This document shows, piece by piece, positions 44,904 through 56,580 of a stretch of DNA of 64,000 nucleotides. The stretch covers positions 192,001-256,000 of the forward strand of contig CBDDBZ010000038.1 of NCBI GenBank assembly GCA_965225945.1, written 5' to 3'. This DNA is from Alphaproteobacteria bacterium. Its GTDB lineage: Bacteria > Pseudomonadota > Alphaproteobacteria > GCA-2731375. The notes under the pieces were generated by a model. That model had not been told where the DNA came from. It saw only the letters and a list, made by a program, of their open reading frames with translations, and made no database searches. Each line of letters starts with the position of its first letter. Positions within the stretch are counted from its first letter, which is position 1. Position numbers and translations under genes: made by a program.

Positions 44904-45761
44904 TCAGTCTCGTGCTCGGGTGCATATGGCCTCGATCAGGCGCTGCATGGTCGCCTTGACCGTTGCGAAGCCGTCGGTCCGTGTGAAGGTTTTGGTGTCG
45001 ATGAACATCCGCTTGTTGATCTCGACGAAGATGCTCTCGACGCCGCTCGCTGGATCGCTGTGCCGCCGCGTGAGATAGCCACCATAGTATGGGAAGTTGA
45101 TGCTGACCGAGTGGCCAGCCGCCTCCAGCGTTTTGGTTGCAAATTCCAAGAATTCGGGTTTGCAGGTGGTGCCATGAACGTCGCCGAGATTGAAGTCGGC
45201 GCGCTCCTGTCCCGGATCGGCATGGGTCGGCGCGCCGACCGCCGACATGCAGTGACACGAAACCTGAAAGGCGCGGCCGTGCTCCGCCTTCATCGTGGCG
45301 AGAATGCGCGCCAATTCCCGGTGGTAGGGCTCGTGATAGAGGTCGAGGCGCGCCCGGACCTCTTCGACCGTCAGCTTCCGCTCCTGCATATCCTCGCCAT
45401 AGCGGGACAGACGTTTGATCAGACCAAGGCCGCGCTCGGTGAAATCGCTCTGCTCGACCGGTCCCGGCCAGGTGCCGTCGATCATTCGCTCGTCGATATC
45501 GGCGGCGCTGCGATTGGTGTCGACATAGGTATTGGGAAAGCTGGCGTAGAGCATGGTCGCGCCGAGCCGTGGTGCCATGCCGCACAGCTCCTCGACATAC
45601 ATCGAGACATTGTCGTGCAGGACCGTGAACGGGATTGGCGAGCGAAAATCGTGGGGGTATTCGCGCCCGCTCCGCGAGACGTCGACGAGCACGGGCACCG
45701 GTCGGCCCACCGGTTCGTAACGCAGGAAGACGCCGGGGCGGACCGCGATCGATACCGCCAT
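44904..45761 (-). CDS. N-formylglutamate amidohydrolase family
   Basis: DTNR, YHEPYH, CHCM, NFPYYGG, VEINK. Confidence 0.85.
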   Translation of the reverse strand: MAVSIAVRPGVFLRYEPVGRPVPVLVDVSRSGREYPHDFRSPIPFTVLHDNVSMYVEELCGMAPRLGATMLYASFPNTYVDTNRSAADIDERMIDGTWPGPVEQSDFTERGLGLIKRLSRYGEDMQERKLTVEEVRARLDLYHEPYHRELARILATMKAEHGRAFQVSCHCMSAVGAPTHADPGQERADFNLGDVHGTTCKPEFLEFATKTLEAAGHSVSINFPYYGGYLTRRHSDPASGVESIFVEINKRMFIDTKTFTRTDGFATVKATMQRLIEAICTRARD

Positions 45762-45788
45762 GCCCCATCCCTTCTCTTCGGTCCGAAA

Positions 45789-45976
45789 TCATGCACCCGC
45801 CATCATACCGTCGAGCCCGGCCGGCGCCGCCGCCTCCATCCTCGCGTCGATCCCGTGAAGGCGGATGCGCTCCCCGGCGATCTCGATCAGTCGCCGTCGA
45901 TCACGCGGCCGGACCCGTGACGTCGGCCAGGGCGAGGGTCGGGAGGAGCGTGAGCACGAAGGCAAGGCGGAGCATG
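45789..45976 (-). pseudogene. Thermonuclease N-terminal fragment
   Basis: IEIAGERIRLHGIDA with frameshifts. Confidence 0.65.
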
Positions 45977-46029
45977 GTGGGGAGCGTAGCAGGGCCGGCG
46001 TGGTGTGCATGCGATGGCCATTCGCCACG

Positions 46030-46125
46030 ATGTCGGCTTTCGCTCAGATCACGTCCGGTGTACCCCCAAGACTCACCTAAACATTAGCTGGCGCTAACGG
46101 GAGATTGTTGATCCGCAGCAGCCAT
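46030..46125 (-). repeat. Palindromic site type B
   Basis: Minus strand ggatca..aatctc...tgggggtacaccggacgt...gaaagccgacat, colinear with 12162-12259. Confidence 0.6.
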
Positions 46126-46443
46126 ACCGGAATGTGGCGGAGAGATTGACCGTCGCCCGCGATTGAGGCTCCACTCAGTCCTATAAAAACTGAGGCAATT
46201 GAAGTCCCGCCATTTTCCGCAGCGGCCTACCAAGGGTTCAAGGATTTGCGACGGCCGGAACCAGGACACGTGCTACTTTGCCAATGCAGGGGGCGCAACT
46301 TGACCCGGTCTGGCCATTACACAAGGAAACAGCCGCCGAAGGAGGGGTGGCAATACCGCCAAACCATCTCCTAAAAATCGCACCGCTTAGATCGAGCCGA
46401 TCTGATAGTGCGGTCCATGCACAAGCAATAGGGAGTATTCGCG

Positions 46444-47257
46444 TTGCCGAAAATGCCGATACCGCCGGACGGCGAGATCAACTATGTGGTCGACGATTTT
46501 GCGTGGCCGTGGGAGACGCCGGAGAGCATTCTCTGCGTGCATGGCGTGGCGGAAGGCACCCGCGCATGGGTCCGTTGGGTGCCCTACCTCGCCCGGCTGG
46601 GGCGGGTGGTCCGCATGGATCAGCGCGGCTACGGAGACTCGACGCCGATGGCGGCGGATTTCGCCTGGAATCTGGATCAACTGGCCGACGACGTGGTGCG
46701 GTTGATCGAACTTGTCGCCCCGGAAGGCCTTCATCTCATCGGCGCCAAGATCGGCGGCCCCGTCGTCACCCGGGCCGCGACGCGCCGCCCGGACCTGATC
46801 AAGACCCTCACTCTTGTCGGCACGCCGATCAAGGGGCCGGAAGAGGCCGATCAAGGGGCCGGAAGAGCATGAATGGCTCGCGATGGTGGAGCGGGACGGC
46901 GTGCGCGCCTGGGCGGAGAAAACCATGGAGGCCCGCCTCGAGGGCATGAGCGATGCGGCCAAGGCCTGGTGGATCGACATGATGGCGGAAACGCCGCAAT
47001 CGACGCTGATCGGATTTTTCCGCTTCGTGTCCAGTATCGACGTCAGCGGCGATCTCGCGAAGATTGCCTGCCCGACCCTGGTGATCGGCTCCGACAATCC
47101 GCGCCGCCCGATTCAAGACGCCCGCGACTGGCAGAAAATAATCCCCAATTCCACATTGGACCTAGTCCCGGGCAAGGGCTATCACGCCGCCGTGACCCAG
47201 GCAGCGAAATGCGCGACGGTCACCTCCGATTTCATCGCACGACATCTGAGTGGCTGA
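46444..47257 (+). pseudogene. Alpha/beta hydrolase frameshifted by a 22-bp duplication
   Basis: DQRGYGDS; 46824-46845 = 46846-46867. Confidence 0.85.
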
Positions 47258-47360
47258 AAATGCAGGATAAATTATCCCGAGTTGTGCTATTTTATTGGCG
47301 CAGCTTTCCCGGCATTGGTTTGAGCTACCGACGATGCATTACATTTTTTGGAGGCATCCG

Positions 47361-47455
47361 GATGATACGCGGTCCGAGTGACCTAAACGACGACTTTCTT
47401 CTCAGTTTGCCCGACGAAGGGCCGGTCGTCGTGGTTAATCTTGTGCGCTTGCAAC
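47361..47455 (+). pseudogene. DUF1330-like N-terminal fragment
   Basis: LPDEGPVVVVNLVRL, then non-coding site sequence. Confidence 0.45.
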
Positions 47456-47675
47456 GGCGAGTCAACCCCCAGCAATTGACCTCCATCGGATGCAGGTCCG
47501 GAATCGCCCCTCGATGGTAACTACCCAGGTCTGATTGGCCCGAGCGTTTGTATGTGAGGGATCGTGGGGGTCCGGGCTGGTAGCGGTGCCGGTGTTCTCA
47601 GAGGCGCAGTTGGGGGATTAGTTGCATCGGATCGGGATGCACCAGGGTCTGGAGGACGTTCCAGCCTTGCTTTCG

Positions 47676-49695
47676 TGAGTCGGACCCGATTTCCTTGGAC
47701 ACAGAATTGGCTTAATCGAAGTGTCCAAGGAGGACCGGAACATGACCGACAATTTTGAGAACAAAGTTGCTGTTGATGGGCCTGTGGTAAACGAGGGCGA
47801 GCTTGGCTCGTCCACGTTTTCCCCGGGCCAGGTTTCGCCGGCAGGCCCGCTGGGACTTGGCCAGCGGTGGACGGTGACGCGCAAGCGTGAGGTTGCCCTG
47901 CGGCTTTTGCGTGGCGAGCCGGTGGAACTTTTGTCGCGGCAGTTGGGCGTGGAGATTTTCCGGCTCGAGCAGTGGCGTGAGAAGGCGATCGCCGGGATCG
48001 ATGCCTCGCTCAAGGAACGCAAGGGCGATCCGGTAAAGGCGGAACTGGACATCATGAAGCGGATCGGGGAGTTGATCATGCAGGTGGAACTGCTGGAGGC
48101 CAAGACGGAGACGTCCGGCCCTTTGGGGCGGCGGAGGTCGCGGCGATGAGTGCCGCCACCTCTCCCGGCACGGGTTTGGCCTACGGCCTCCAGCGGGTCT
48201 GTGCGGCCTGGGGTTTTGCCCGTTCCTCGTTCCTTGCCTATCCGGTTATCACCCACACCCACTATATGTAGTGTGTCTCCTTGGACTGCAGGCAAGGGCC
48301 GGCGCAGGCCATTGAGGAGGCGATCCGGCTAATTCTTGATTGTTCTGAAAACCGAACCGGAGTTTAATTCACGTCACGTACTTAACATCGGGGGACGGAA
48401 CGGTGGCGACCAAGGGAAAAACGAAGAAACCCACGGCCAGACGGGAAGCTGTGATGAAACGACATCGTCTGAGCGATTGACGGCACTAGTCGAAGAAAGC
48501 GACGCGCTGGCACGAATCGTTGCGAAGAACCCGTCCGCGCCTGTTAGTCTCCTGCGCGTTTTTCGCAGCGAAGACGAAGCGACACGCAAGAACGTGATCC
48601 TCAATCCGTTTACTTCATATGACGTATTGAGCGAACTTGAAAACCAGTTCACAGAGCTATTTGTGAATAATCCGGCACTCGAATCCTACAATTCAATGAA
48701 GCTCTGTGAATATTCCATCGTCGTTCACCTCCTCAGATAAATTTCAATGAAGTGACGGTCCTTTATGCAACGTGGCGTTTTGCCTAAATCCGGTCTGTCG
48801 GCCTTGGGGTTTTGCCCGATTCCTCGTTCACGCCATGAAATCCCGGCAGCAGGCCACCGCTGAGCGCCCCCAGCAAAGCGCCGGGGACCAAGCCCTCGAT
48901 CTCGGACGAGGCTCTGCTGGTGGCCATCGAGGCCGACCTCGGCATCCCCCTGGGAGGGCGAGGGACCGCAAGGTCTGGGCTCGGCTTCGGGTCTGTCGTG
49001 GCGATCTGCGTGTTCCCCCTCCCGCAAGGCGGGTCGGCTCCGGGTGATGCGCGCGAGAACAACCTGCTCTCGCCCCATCGCTGCCGCCGCCGTGGCGGAA
49101 ATCCCCATGTCGGTGAGATCATCACCCATGCCCCCAACCTCATGTGGGGCACGGACGGCGTTCGGGTGTTCACGGTGGACGACGGCTGGGGCTGGATATT
49201 CACCGCCATCGAGCATTGGAACGCCGAGTGCGTCGGCTGGCATGTGTGCAAGCGAGGCGACCGCTTCGCCGCCCTTCAGCCGATCTCCATGGGGCTTGCG
49301 AGGCTGTATGCCTCGACCTCCGCCGGTGCGGCGCGGGGGCTGGCCTTGCGGATGGATCACGGCTCCCAGTATCTGTCGGACCACTTCACCAACCAGATCA
49401 AGTTCTGGGGCATCCAGCCGTCCTACGCCTTCGTCGAACAGCCCCAGACCAACGGCGTCGCCGAGAGGTTCAATCGCACGCTCAAGGAACAGATCATCCA
49501 TGGCCGCATCTACCGCAACATCGCGGAGCTGCGGAACGCCGTCCGCGGGTTCGTCGAACAGTACAATGCCCAGTGGATCGTGGAGAAGAACGGCTACCTG
49601 AGCCCCGCTCAAGCTCGTCAGGCGTGGCACACCGCGATGTCACTCAGGCCCGCCGCATGAGACAAACTTGTGTCCAAGGAACCGGGTGCGATACA
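47676..49695 (+). mobile_element. IS3/IS481-like element with 15-bp TSD (disrupted copy)
   Basis: ccagccttgctttcg at 47661-47675 and 49696-49710. Confidence 0.88.
48233..48791. mobile_element. Partial, noisy second copy of the 18004-18758 cassette (inverted)
   Basis: One 43-bp IR and the passenger ORF with small indels; second IR absent. Confidence 0.8.
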
Positions 49696-51171
49696 CCAGC
49701 CTTGCTTTCGGGCGGTGGCGATGACGGCACGCATTCTGGCGAAGTTGTAGGCACCCCTCTCGGAGCGGAAGCCACCGGAGATCTTCTGGCGCAGCTTGGC
49801 CATTCGGAGGTCACGTTCGGCCTCATTGTTCGTAAACGGCGTGCGCGGGTCGGTGAGGAATCGCAGGCATCCCTCCTTGTGCTTGCGGAGGCGGAGCGCG
49901 AGGTTATGACCGATGCGGCGTTTCTTTCGTCCGCGCTTGCCGGTCCGGAGCGGCGGCTGCGCCTCGTGGAAGGCGATGGCGTGGTCGAGGATGCGGGCCC
50001 AGGCCCGCGAGATCCGGGCCACCAGGGAGGCGGGCACGTCGCGGCCGTTCTCACGGGAGAAGCGGGTAGCCCTGTGTGCGCGCTCAAGGAGGCGGTGCAT
50101 GCTCTTTGCCCAGTCTTCCTTCTCGATGTCGATCAGGGCCTGGAGTTCGCGCAGGTGATGGGCGTTGCAGGCGCCGTGGCGCACGCCCTTGAGGGTGAAG
50201 TAGGCGGCGTAATCGTCATGGATGAGGATGCCTTCGAGGTCCTTTTCGACATCGCCGCGTCCCGCGCCGATGCGCAGGACGGTCAGGAATGGGGTGCACA
50301 GCACGTGGAGCCAGCGGGTACGGGCGGCGATCCGCAGGCCGGTTTCGTCGAGGTGCTTGACCGGGACCGCTGTGCGGATCACGTCTGCGACATGGGCGAG
50401 GAAGGGCTCGAAGCGCCTGGCGATTCGCCGGCCCATGGCGGTGATCGTGGCTGTGGAGATGGACACTGCGAAGAGGTCGCTCATGAGTTCGGCCAAGCGC
50501 TTCTCGGGAACGAACTGGGCGTACAGCAGGTAGCTCACCCAGGCGGTGATGCGTGGCCCGTACTGGACCGGGGCGGTCACGCCGTCCGGGAAGACGGCTC
50601 CTGTCACGGTGGCGCAGGCGCCGCAGAGGCAGCGATGGGCGCGGTGTTCGGTGACCTCCAGGGGGCGTGGCTCGGGCACATCGAAGACCTGTCGACAGAC
50701 GGGCGCGCGGTGACGGTCGGCGTCCGACAGCGGTGCGCCGCAGCCCGAACAGGCGGAGGGGTCATGATCCACAACATGGTCCGGGCTCTCGGTCCGCGCC
50801 AGCGTCGTTCCCTTGTGGCCCGGCTGGCCGCCGCTTGGCCTGCCGGACTTGCCGCGCTGGCTTCGGGTGCGCCTCTGGGTTCCGCTCTTCTTGCGCAGGC
50901 CGTCGCTGGCGGGCGGCTTGCTGCTGGTGGTGCTGTCAAGCGCCGCGCTCCGCTCGAGCTCGGCGATGCGGTCCCGCAGGGTCGCGTTCTCCCGCTCGAG
51001 CGCGGCATTCTCCCGGACGAGCGCCGTGGCCAGGCGCAACAGCCCCTGGCCCCATTCCCGGAAGGCCTTGACGACTGTGATTGCGAAGGATGAGGGGTCA
51101 AGAAGATCTTGCAGGCACGCGAAGGCCTCGTCATGGGCGGCGAGGTCCTCGTGCCAGCGCGACAGCGTCAC
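49696..51171 (-). pseudogene. IS66 transposase, interrupted near C-terminus
   Basis: Identical to 3509-5047 up to ARKQGW; tail at 47596-47660. Confidence 0.9.
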
Positions 51172-51833
51172 GGGTCCTCGGCATCGACGGCCATCATGGC
51201 GGCCAGCACCGCGAGGCGTTCGCCCGCCGGCAAGGCCTTGTAACGCCGGCCCCAGTTGGCCGCCTTACGCTTGATGCGCTGGCGGTCGGTGAAGTTCCGG
51301 CCTGCGTAGCTCGCCCAATGCACCCGGTCGGGCGCGAAGTTGAACCACACGACCTCGGTCCGCACCTGGGCCTGGGTCGTCACCTGCAGCGCCAGACTGC
51401 GCCAGCCCGCCAGCATCTCGTCATAGAGCGCCGAGGGATGGCCCGAGACCATCACCTGGCAGGGCAGATCCTTGAGCAGGTCCAGGAGCGCGACATGGTC
51501 GACCTCCTCGTAGTCGAAGCGATAGCGCCGTGCCGAACGGCGGGTCGCGTGCAGATAGGGGGGATCGCTGTAGACCAGCTCCGGGCCCAGAAACGGGAAC
51601 GAGGCCAAAAAGGCATGGGCACAGCCATGCACCAACTCGACCGGGTAGTCACAGGCAAAGGCCTCGAGCGCCTGCGCATCGCGGTCGATGCCGATCGAGC
51701 GCACGCCCGTTGGCTTGCGCTTCATCAGCGCACCGCCCCCCAGGTGGCTCTCGATGTAAACGCTGTGCGGCGGCATCAGCGCAATCAGCGCCTGGCACAG
51801 ACCGCTCGTCGCCTTCGACCCAAAATATTCCAC
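51168..51833 (-). CDS. Dam-like DNA methyltransferase
   Basis: Same protein as 2847-3512. Confidence 0.85.
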   Translation of the reverse strand: MEYFGSKATSGLCQALIALMPPHSVYIESHLGGGALMKRKPTGVRSIGIDRDAQALEAFACDYPVELVHGCAHAFLASFPFLGPELVYSDPPYLHATRRSARRYRFDYEEVDHVALLDLLKDLPCQVMVSGHPSALYDEMLAGWRSLALQVTTQAQVRTEVVWFNFAPDRVHWASYAGRNFTDRQRIKRKAANWGRRYKALPAGERLAVLAAMMAVDAEDP

Positions 51834-51986
51834 GCGCCGCTCCCGTCACACGAGAGCGCAACCCATAGACGCCCGATTCTATGGAGTCAAGAGACGATCA
51901 ACGACGCGGCGGCGGAAACCCGGCCCCGGCGACCACCTACATCATCCTCTCGCGGTCAAGAGCGGGGTACCTGGGTAGTTACCCTC

Positions 51987-52063
51987 GATGTCGTATGTTC
52001 CCCCAGGTACGGGCATGATATCAGAAGATGCTGTTTTACCGGTTATGACCCGAAGGCGACATT
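51987..52063 (-). repeat. Palindromic site type B (continues at 47494-47516 across the IS66)
   Basis: Minus strand aatgtcgccttcgggtca...cccgtacctgggggaacatacgacat; 23 bp after the cyclase stop. Confidence 0.65.
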
Positions 52064-52086
52064 ACCAATCCTTGAAAACCCAACTA

Positions 52087-53853
52087 TTATTCCGGCAGTC
52101 CAGCTGCTCTCAAACCACCCAAAAGGCGCCGAACAATTGCGTTATTGCTGACCATCAAAAGTTCAGGAACGTGCTTAAGACGCAAATTGGGAGCAAACTG
52201 TCGGACTTCCTTCATGGCGTTGGCCGCTTCATCCAACCGTCCAGTCTGGCTCAGGATGTAGGCCTTCTGGAGCCAGGAGTGCAGATGCGTCGGTTCAGCC
52301 TCCAGGATCGCGTCAAACAGCGCCAACGCTTCGTCGAATTCAGAAAGCAGCAGCAGAACCCGCCCCAGACCATTCCTGTACCAGTTCGGACAAAAGGGGC
52401 TGAGCGAGATCGCGGCGCGAAAATGCTCCGCACCCTCGGCGAAGTCTCCAGCGCGGGTTAGTGCAAGCCCGAGATGAGCGCGTGCATGCGCGATACCCGG
52501 ATACAGCTCCACACTACGCCGTGCGATGGCCAGGGCTTCGAAGGCGCGATTCTGAGACCCCGCAACCACGTTACTCAATCCTAGTGCCCAGGGAAGGTTA
52601 TTGTCCAACTCCAGCGCGCGTTCGGCGCATTCCTTGGCGCGTGCGATCTTGGCTTCAGCATCGCCCGTATGGCCCACCCGGCCATCGTGCCAGAAGGTGT
52701 AACCGAGGGTAGCCCAGGCGTAGGCGTAATTCGGGTCGTGGGCCAATGCGTTCTCCGCCAGCGTGCGGGCCTCCAGATAATCCGAGGTATTCCAACGCTC
52801 GATCAGTTCCGTTGCTCTGACACAAAGCTGCCAGGCCTCGATATCCGTGGTACCGCTACCCCATAAACGGGCTTCCTCACCGTCGGTGAGCTTGATGCGT
52901 AACGCTGTGACAATCTCTTTGGTGATCTCGTCTTGAATATCGAAGAGATCATCGATGGTACGGTCGAAGCGTTCGGCCCATACATGGCTGCCGTCGCTCG
53001 CGTCGATCAGCTGCGCGGTGATGCGCAGTCGGTCACCACCTTTCCGGATGCTCCCTTCCATCACATAGCGGACGCCCAGCTCGTTGGCGACCCGGCGCAA
53101 GTCGATGGCTTGCCCCTTGTAGACGAAGGTTGAGTTGCGCGCGATGACGCGCAGTTGCGAAATCTTCGACAGCGCGGTGATGATTTCCTCAGCCATACCG
53201 TCGGCGAAGAACTCCTGCTCGCGATCGCCCGACATGTTGTCGAAGGACATTACTGCGATCGAGGGCTTGTCGGGCAATGGCAACGCGTCACCGCCGGCGA
53301 TTTCCTGAGCGGAGCCAGCGGGCGTTCCCAGGGGAGACCAGCGCCAGACCTGGACTGGCTTGGCGATGTTCTTGACCTCGTGGAGGCCGTCGTCGGTGAA
53401 CTGCGCGTCCGTCTTGCCCTGCACCTGCTCATGGACGTTGCCCGAGATCGCTATGTCGCCGGCCTCGGCAAGCGCCTCCAGACGTGCCGCGACATTGACG
53501 CCATCACCATGGATGTCGTCGCCATCGATGATGATGTCACCGAGATTGATGCCGACGCGGAAGAGCATCCGGCGATCATCGGGCTCGCCCGCGTTGCGTT
53601 CCGCCATTCCCTGCTGAACCTCGATACAGCACCTGACCGCGTCCAAAACACTGGCAAACTCCAAAAGGATTCCGTCGCCGGTCGTCTTGACGATACGGCC
53701 TCGGTGCTCGGCGACCTTGGGATCGACCAGTTCGCGCCGATGCGCCTTCAGCGCCGCCAGCGTGCCATCCTCGTCCACGCCCATGAGACGCGAATACCCG
53801 ACCACGTCGGCGGCGACGATGGCGGCCAGTCTGCGCTGTGTGCCCTCGGACAT
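52087..53853 (-). CDS. Adenylate/guanylate cyclase with TolB-like and TPR domains
   Basis: RRLAAIVAADVVGYS, GDGVNVAARLE, KPSIAV, TPRs. Confidence 0.92.
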   Translation of the reverse strand: MSEGTQRRLAAIVAADVVGYSRLMGVDEDGTLAALKAHRRELVDPKVAEHRGRIVKTTGDGILLEFASVLDAVRCCIEVQQGMAERNAGEPDDRRMLFRVGINLGDIIIDGDDIHGDGVNVAARLEALAEAGDIAISGNVHEQVQGKTDAQFTDDGLHEVKNIAKPVQVWRWSPLGTPAGSAQEIAGGDALPLPDKPSIAVMSFDNMSGDREQEFFADGMAEEIITALSKISQLRVIARNSTFVYKGQAIDLRRVANELGVRYVMEGSIRKGGDRLRITAQLIDASDGSHVWAERFDRTIDDLFDIQDEITKEIVTALRIKLTDGEEARLWGSGTTDIEAWQLCVRATELIERWNTSDYLEARTLAENALAHDPNYAYAWATLGYTFWHDGRVGHTGDAEAKIARAKECAERALELDNNLPWALGLSNVVAGSQNRAFEALAIARRSVELYPGIAHARAHLGLALTRAGDFAEGAEHFRAAISLSPFCPNWYRNGLGRVLLLLSEFDEALALFDAILEAEPTHLHSWLQKAYILSQTGRLDEAANAMKEVRQFAPNLRLKHVPELLMVSNNAIVRRLLGGLRAAGLPE

Positions 53854-54268
53854 GGGTGAAGTCTAACTGAGCTGGCCAACCGCAGGAACTGCGACCTCGA
53901 ACGAAAAGGCGTGTCGGTGCATTAGGGATATTGAATGGAAGGTGTTGTGCAGGTTTCTCGGATGCCTTGCCGGCATAGGGAGTGAGGCGCGGTGTTTGCC
54001 GGCGTCCGAGAAGCGCCAAGGCACGAAATCGCGGGATACAGGCGTCGCTATGGGGATTTGAGCGTGGCGTCGATGGTGGTGTCGTCTGGACGACCCGCAT
54101 ATGGGGCGTGAGGCGCCATAAGGAGATCGTCGAGCGCGGTGAAGCGTTGCCGAGGGGGGCACGAGCGGGGCCGGGGCGGCCAACGATGCCGCCGTTTTCG
54201 GTGTCCCGGGCGAGCGAAGTCGAGCGCCGAGGCTCGGCGGGGAAGGTGGCTGATGTTTTGGGTCGGTG

Positions 54269-55513
54269 TCATGAGCTATCGATGGCCTTCGGCGGTGAAC
54301 GGGCCTTTGGTTGACAGCCGGCCTCGAAGACCTCGACGACGATCATGGGACCGCCACAACGGGGGCACGGTCGGGCGCCCTGGCGTTGGTCCTCGGGAGG
54401 CTCCGAGGCCTCTTCCTCGCTGGCGTCGGGCGCCGGTGGTCCGCCGAGCAGTTCGCGAGCGCGTTTTATGTTGGCGGCGCGGTTGCCGTTTGCAAAGAGG
54501 CCGTAGTGTCGGATGCGGTGGAAGCCCTTGGGCAGGACGTGCATGAGGAAGCGGCGGATGAACTCCGCGACATCGAGGGTCATGGTCCCGTAGCGCTCGG
54601 CGCCGTCGCGGCGGTAGTCCTTGTAGGTGAAGGTAACGGCGCCGTTGTCGAGGCGGAGCAAGCGGCGGTTGGAGATGGCGACGCGGTGGGTGTATCGGGC
54701 GAGGTAGGCGAGCACGGCCTCGGGCCCGCCGAAGGGGCGCTTGGCATAGACGACCCATTCACTCTTGCGCATGGGCGCGAGGAAGGTGCCGAACGCCGCC
54801 GGTTCGGCGAGGCCCGCGTGCTCGGCGAAGAACTTCAGACGTTCGGTCTCGTGGGCGGCGGCGAGCTTCTCGATGAAGAGCCGGCGGAAGAGGCGCGAGA
54901 GCACGCGGACGGGCAAGAAGAAGCCGGGCCGGCAGGCAATCCATTCCGTGCCGTCCGGAGAGACCCCGCCGCCGGGCACGATCATGTGGATGTGTGGTGA
55001 GGCGCCGGTGCGCCATCGGTCCGAGCACGGCGCCGTAAAGCGTCATGGCCGAGCCCCAGGTGTGGAGCACGGCGGTGATGCCGATCTTGGCGCCGAGGTG
55101 CTTTGGATCGGCGGCGATGGTGATCATGGTCTCGGCGCTCGCCTTGAACAGGATGTCGTAGACGACGGCCTTGTTCTGGTACGCGATGTCGGCGATCGCC
55201 GCCGGCAGGGTGAAGACGAGATGGTAGTAGGGGACGGGCAGTAGTTCGGCCTCGCGCTCGGCCAACCAGTCCCGGGCCGCCGCCCCCTGGCACTTGGGGC
55301 AATGGCGGTTGCGGCACGAGTTGTAGGCGATCTGGGTGTGCTCGCAGTCCTCGCAGGCCAAGACGTGCCCGCCGAGCGCGGCCGTGCGGCAGCGCTCGAT
55401 GGCGCTCATGACCTTCAGCTGTTGCAAGCTCACGTGGCCGGCATTGGCCCGACGCCAGGCGGGGCCGAAGTCGCGGAAGATATCCGCGACCTCCAACCCA
55501 TGGGCTGTCACGA
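54269..55513 (-). pseudogene. IS91-family transposase frameshifted next to the HUH motif
   Basis: SCRNRHCPKC, YLARY; 37-bp hairpin insertion 54998-55034. Confidence 0.88.
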
Positions 55514-55524
55514 CCCGGCGGCGC

Positions 55525-56436
55525 TTACCCCGACGGCTTGGCCTTCTTCCGCTTCTTGCCACCGGGCTTGGACAAGAGATCCAGCGGACTCTCGATGGCG
55601 GCGATGGCGCCGGTCGCGACCCGGGTATAGCGCGCCGTGGTGTCGAGCTTGTCGTGGCCCAAAAGCGCTTGGATGTAGCGAATGTCGGTGCCGCGCTCGA
55701 GCAAGTGGGTGGCGAAGGAATGCCGCAACGAGTGCGGCGTCACGTGCTTGGTGATCCCGGCGGCGGCCACCGCCTCCTCGAACAACCGGCTGAACTGCCG
55801 GGTCGTGGCGTGCCGCCCCGCCTCGCGACCGGGGAAGAGCCAGCGCTGTTGCGCAGGCACGCCCGCGTCGTGGCGGGTCGGGCGGGCCCGCCACCATTGC
55901 CTGAGCAACGCCAGCAGTCCCTTCGACAGCATCACGTTACGGTCCTTGCGGCCCTTGCCCTGGACGATACGGATGATGCCTTGGGCGCTGTCGATGTCGC
56001 CGACGCGCAAGCGCACCACCTCGCCCGCTCGCATGCCACAGCCATAGGCGAGCGAGAGCAGCGCGCGGGTCTTCAGGTTCCGGGCCATCACCAGGAGACG
56101 CTTGGCCTCGTCCTGGCTCATCACCTTCGGCAGCCTTTGCGGCTCGCGGATGTGGAAGATCTCCGCCGCGAGATCGAGCCGTCGCAAGGTCACGCGGAAC
56201 AGAAAACGGAGCCCGGTCATGGTCCGGTTGCGGTTGCAGATGCTCATCCCGCTCTCCGCCAGATGAACTTGGAAGCGGCGGACGTCCTCGGCCACGGCGG
56301 TATCGGGCGAGCCATCCAGAAACACGGCAAAGCGCTCGCAGCCGCGGAGGTGGCCCTTCTGCGTGCCCGCCACCAGCTTGCGGGCGTTCATGTCCTCGAT
56401 CATGCGCTGGCGCAATGGGGTCATCGTCGTCGTCAC
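55525..56436 (-). CDS. Tyrosine recombinase
   Basis: GMRAGE, HSLRHSFATH, LLGH, TTARY. Confidence 0.93.
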   Translation of the reverse strand: MTTTMTPLRQRMIEDMNARKLVAGTQKGHLRGCERFAVFLDGSPDTAVAEDVRRFQVHLAESGMSICNRNRTMTGLRFLFRVTLRRLDLAAEIFHIREPQRLPKVMSQDEAKRLLVMARNLKTRALLSLAYGCGMRAGEVVRLRVGDIDSAQGIIRIVQGKGRKDRNVMLSKGLLALLRQWWRARPTRHDAGVPAQQRWLFPGREAGRHATTRQFSRLFEEAVAAAGITKHVTPHSLRHSFATHLLERGTDIRYIQALLGHDKLDTTARYTRVATGAIAAIESPLDLLSKPGGKKRKKAKPSG

Positions 56437-56580
56437 GGAGATGCTCCTTCCTGAGTTGAGGTCGACGAGACCTCAATGATCAGGAACGAGCGCTCGAAGT
56501 GTTATCGATGAAATCCACGGCGGTGGCTGGGCGCGCCATGACCCCTCACCCACGAAATATCGCGTAGCGATTTAGTGCTA

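Larger units (their letters stand above)
47517..51982 (-). mobile_element. IS66-methyltransferase element, copy 2, with nested insertions
   Basis: Same IRs as copy 1; TSD CCTCGATG at 47509-47516 and 51983-51990. Confidence 0.93.
53930..56578 (-). mobile_element. Second type of tyrosine recombinase + IS91-like element (element 3)
   Basis: Same gene pair, diverged; upstream end GCAC plus hairpin; downstream boundary approximate. Confidence 0.82.

Noticed and set aside
49144-51093. Long antisense/alternative-frame ORFs (also 3587-5023, 40846-42510, 60392-62122)
   Set aside because: Shadows of GC-rich transposase genes with no motifs.
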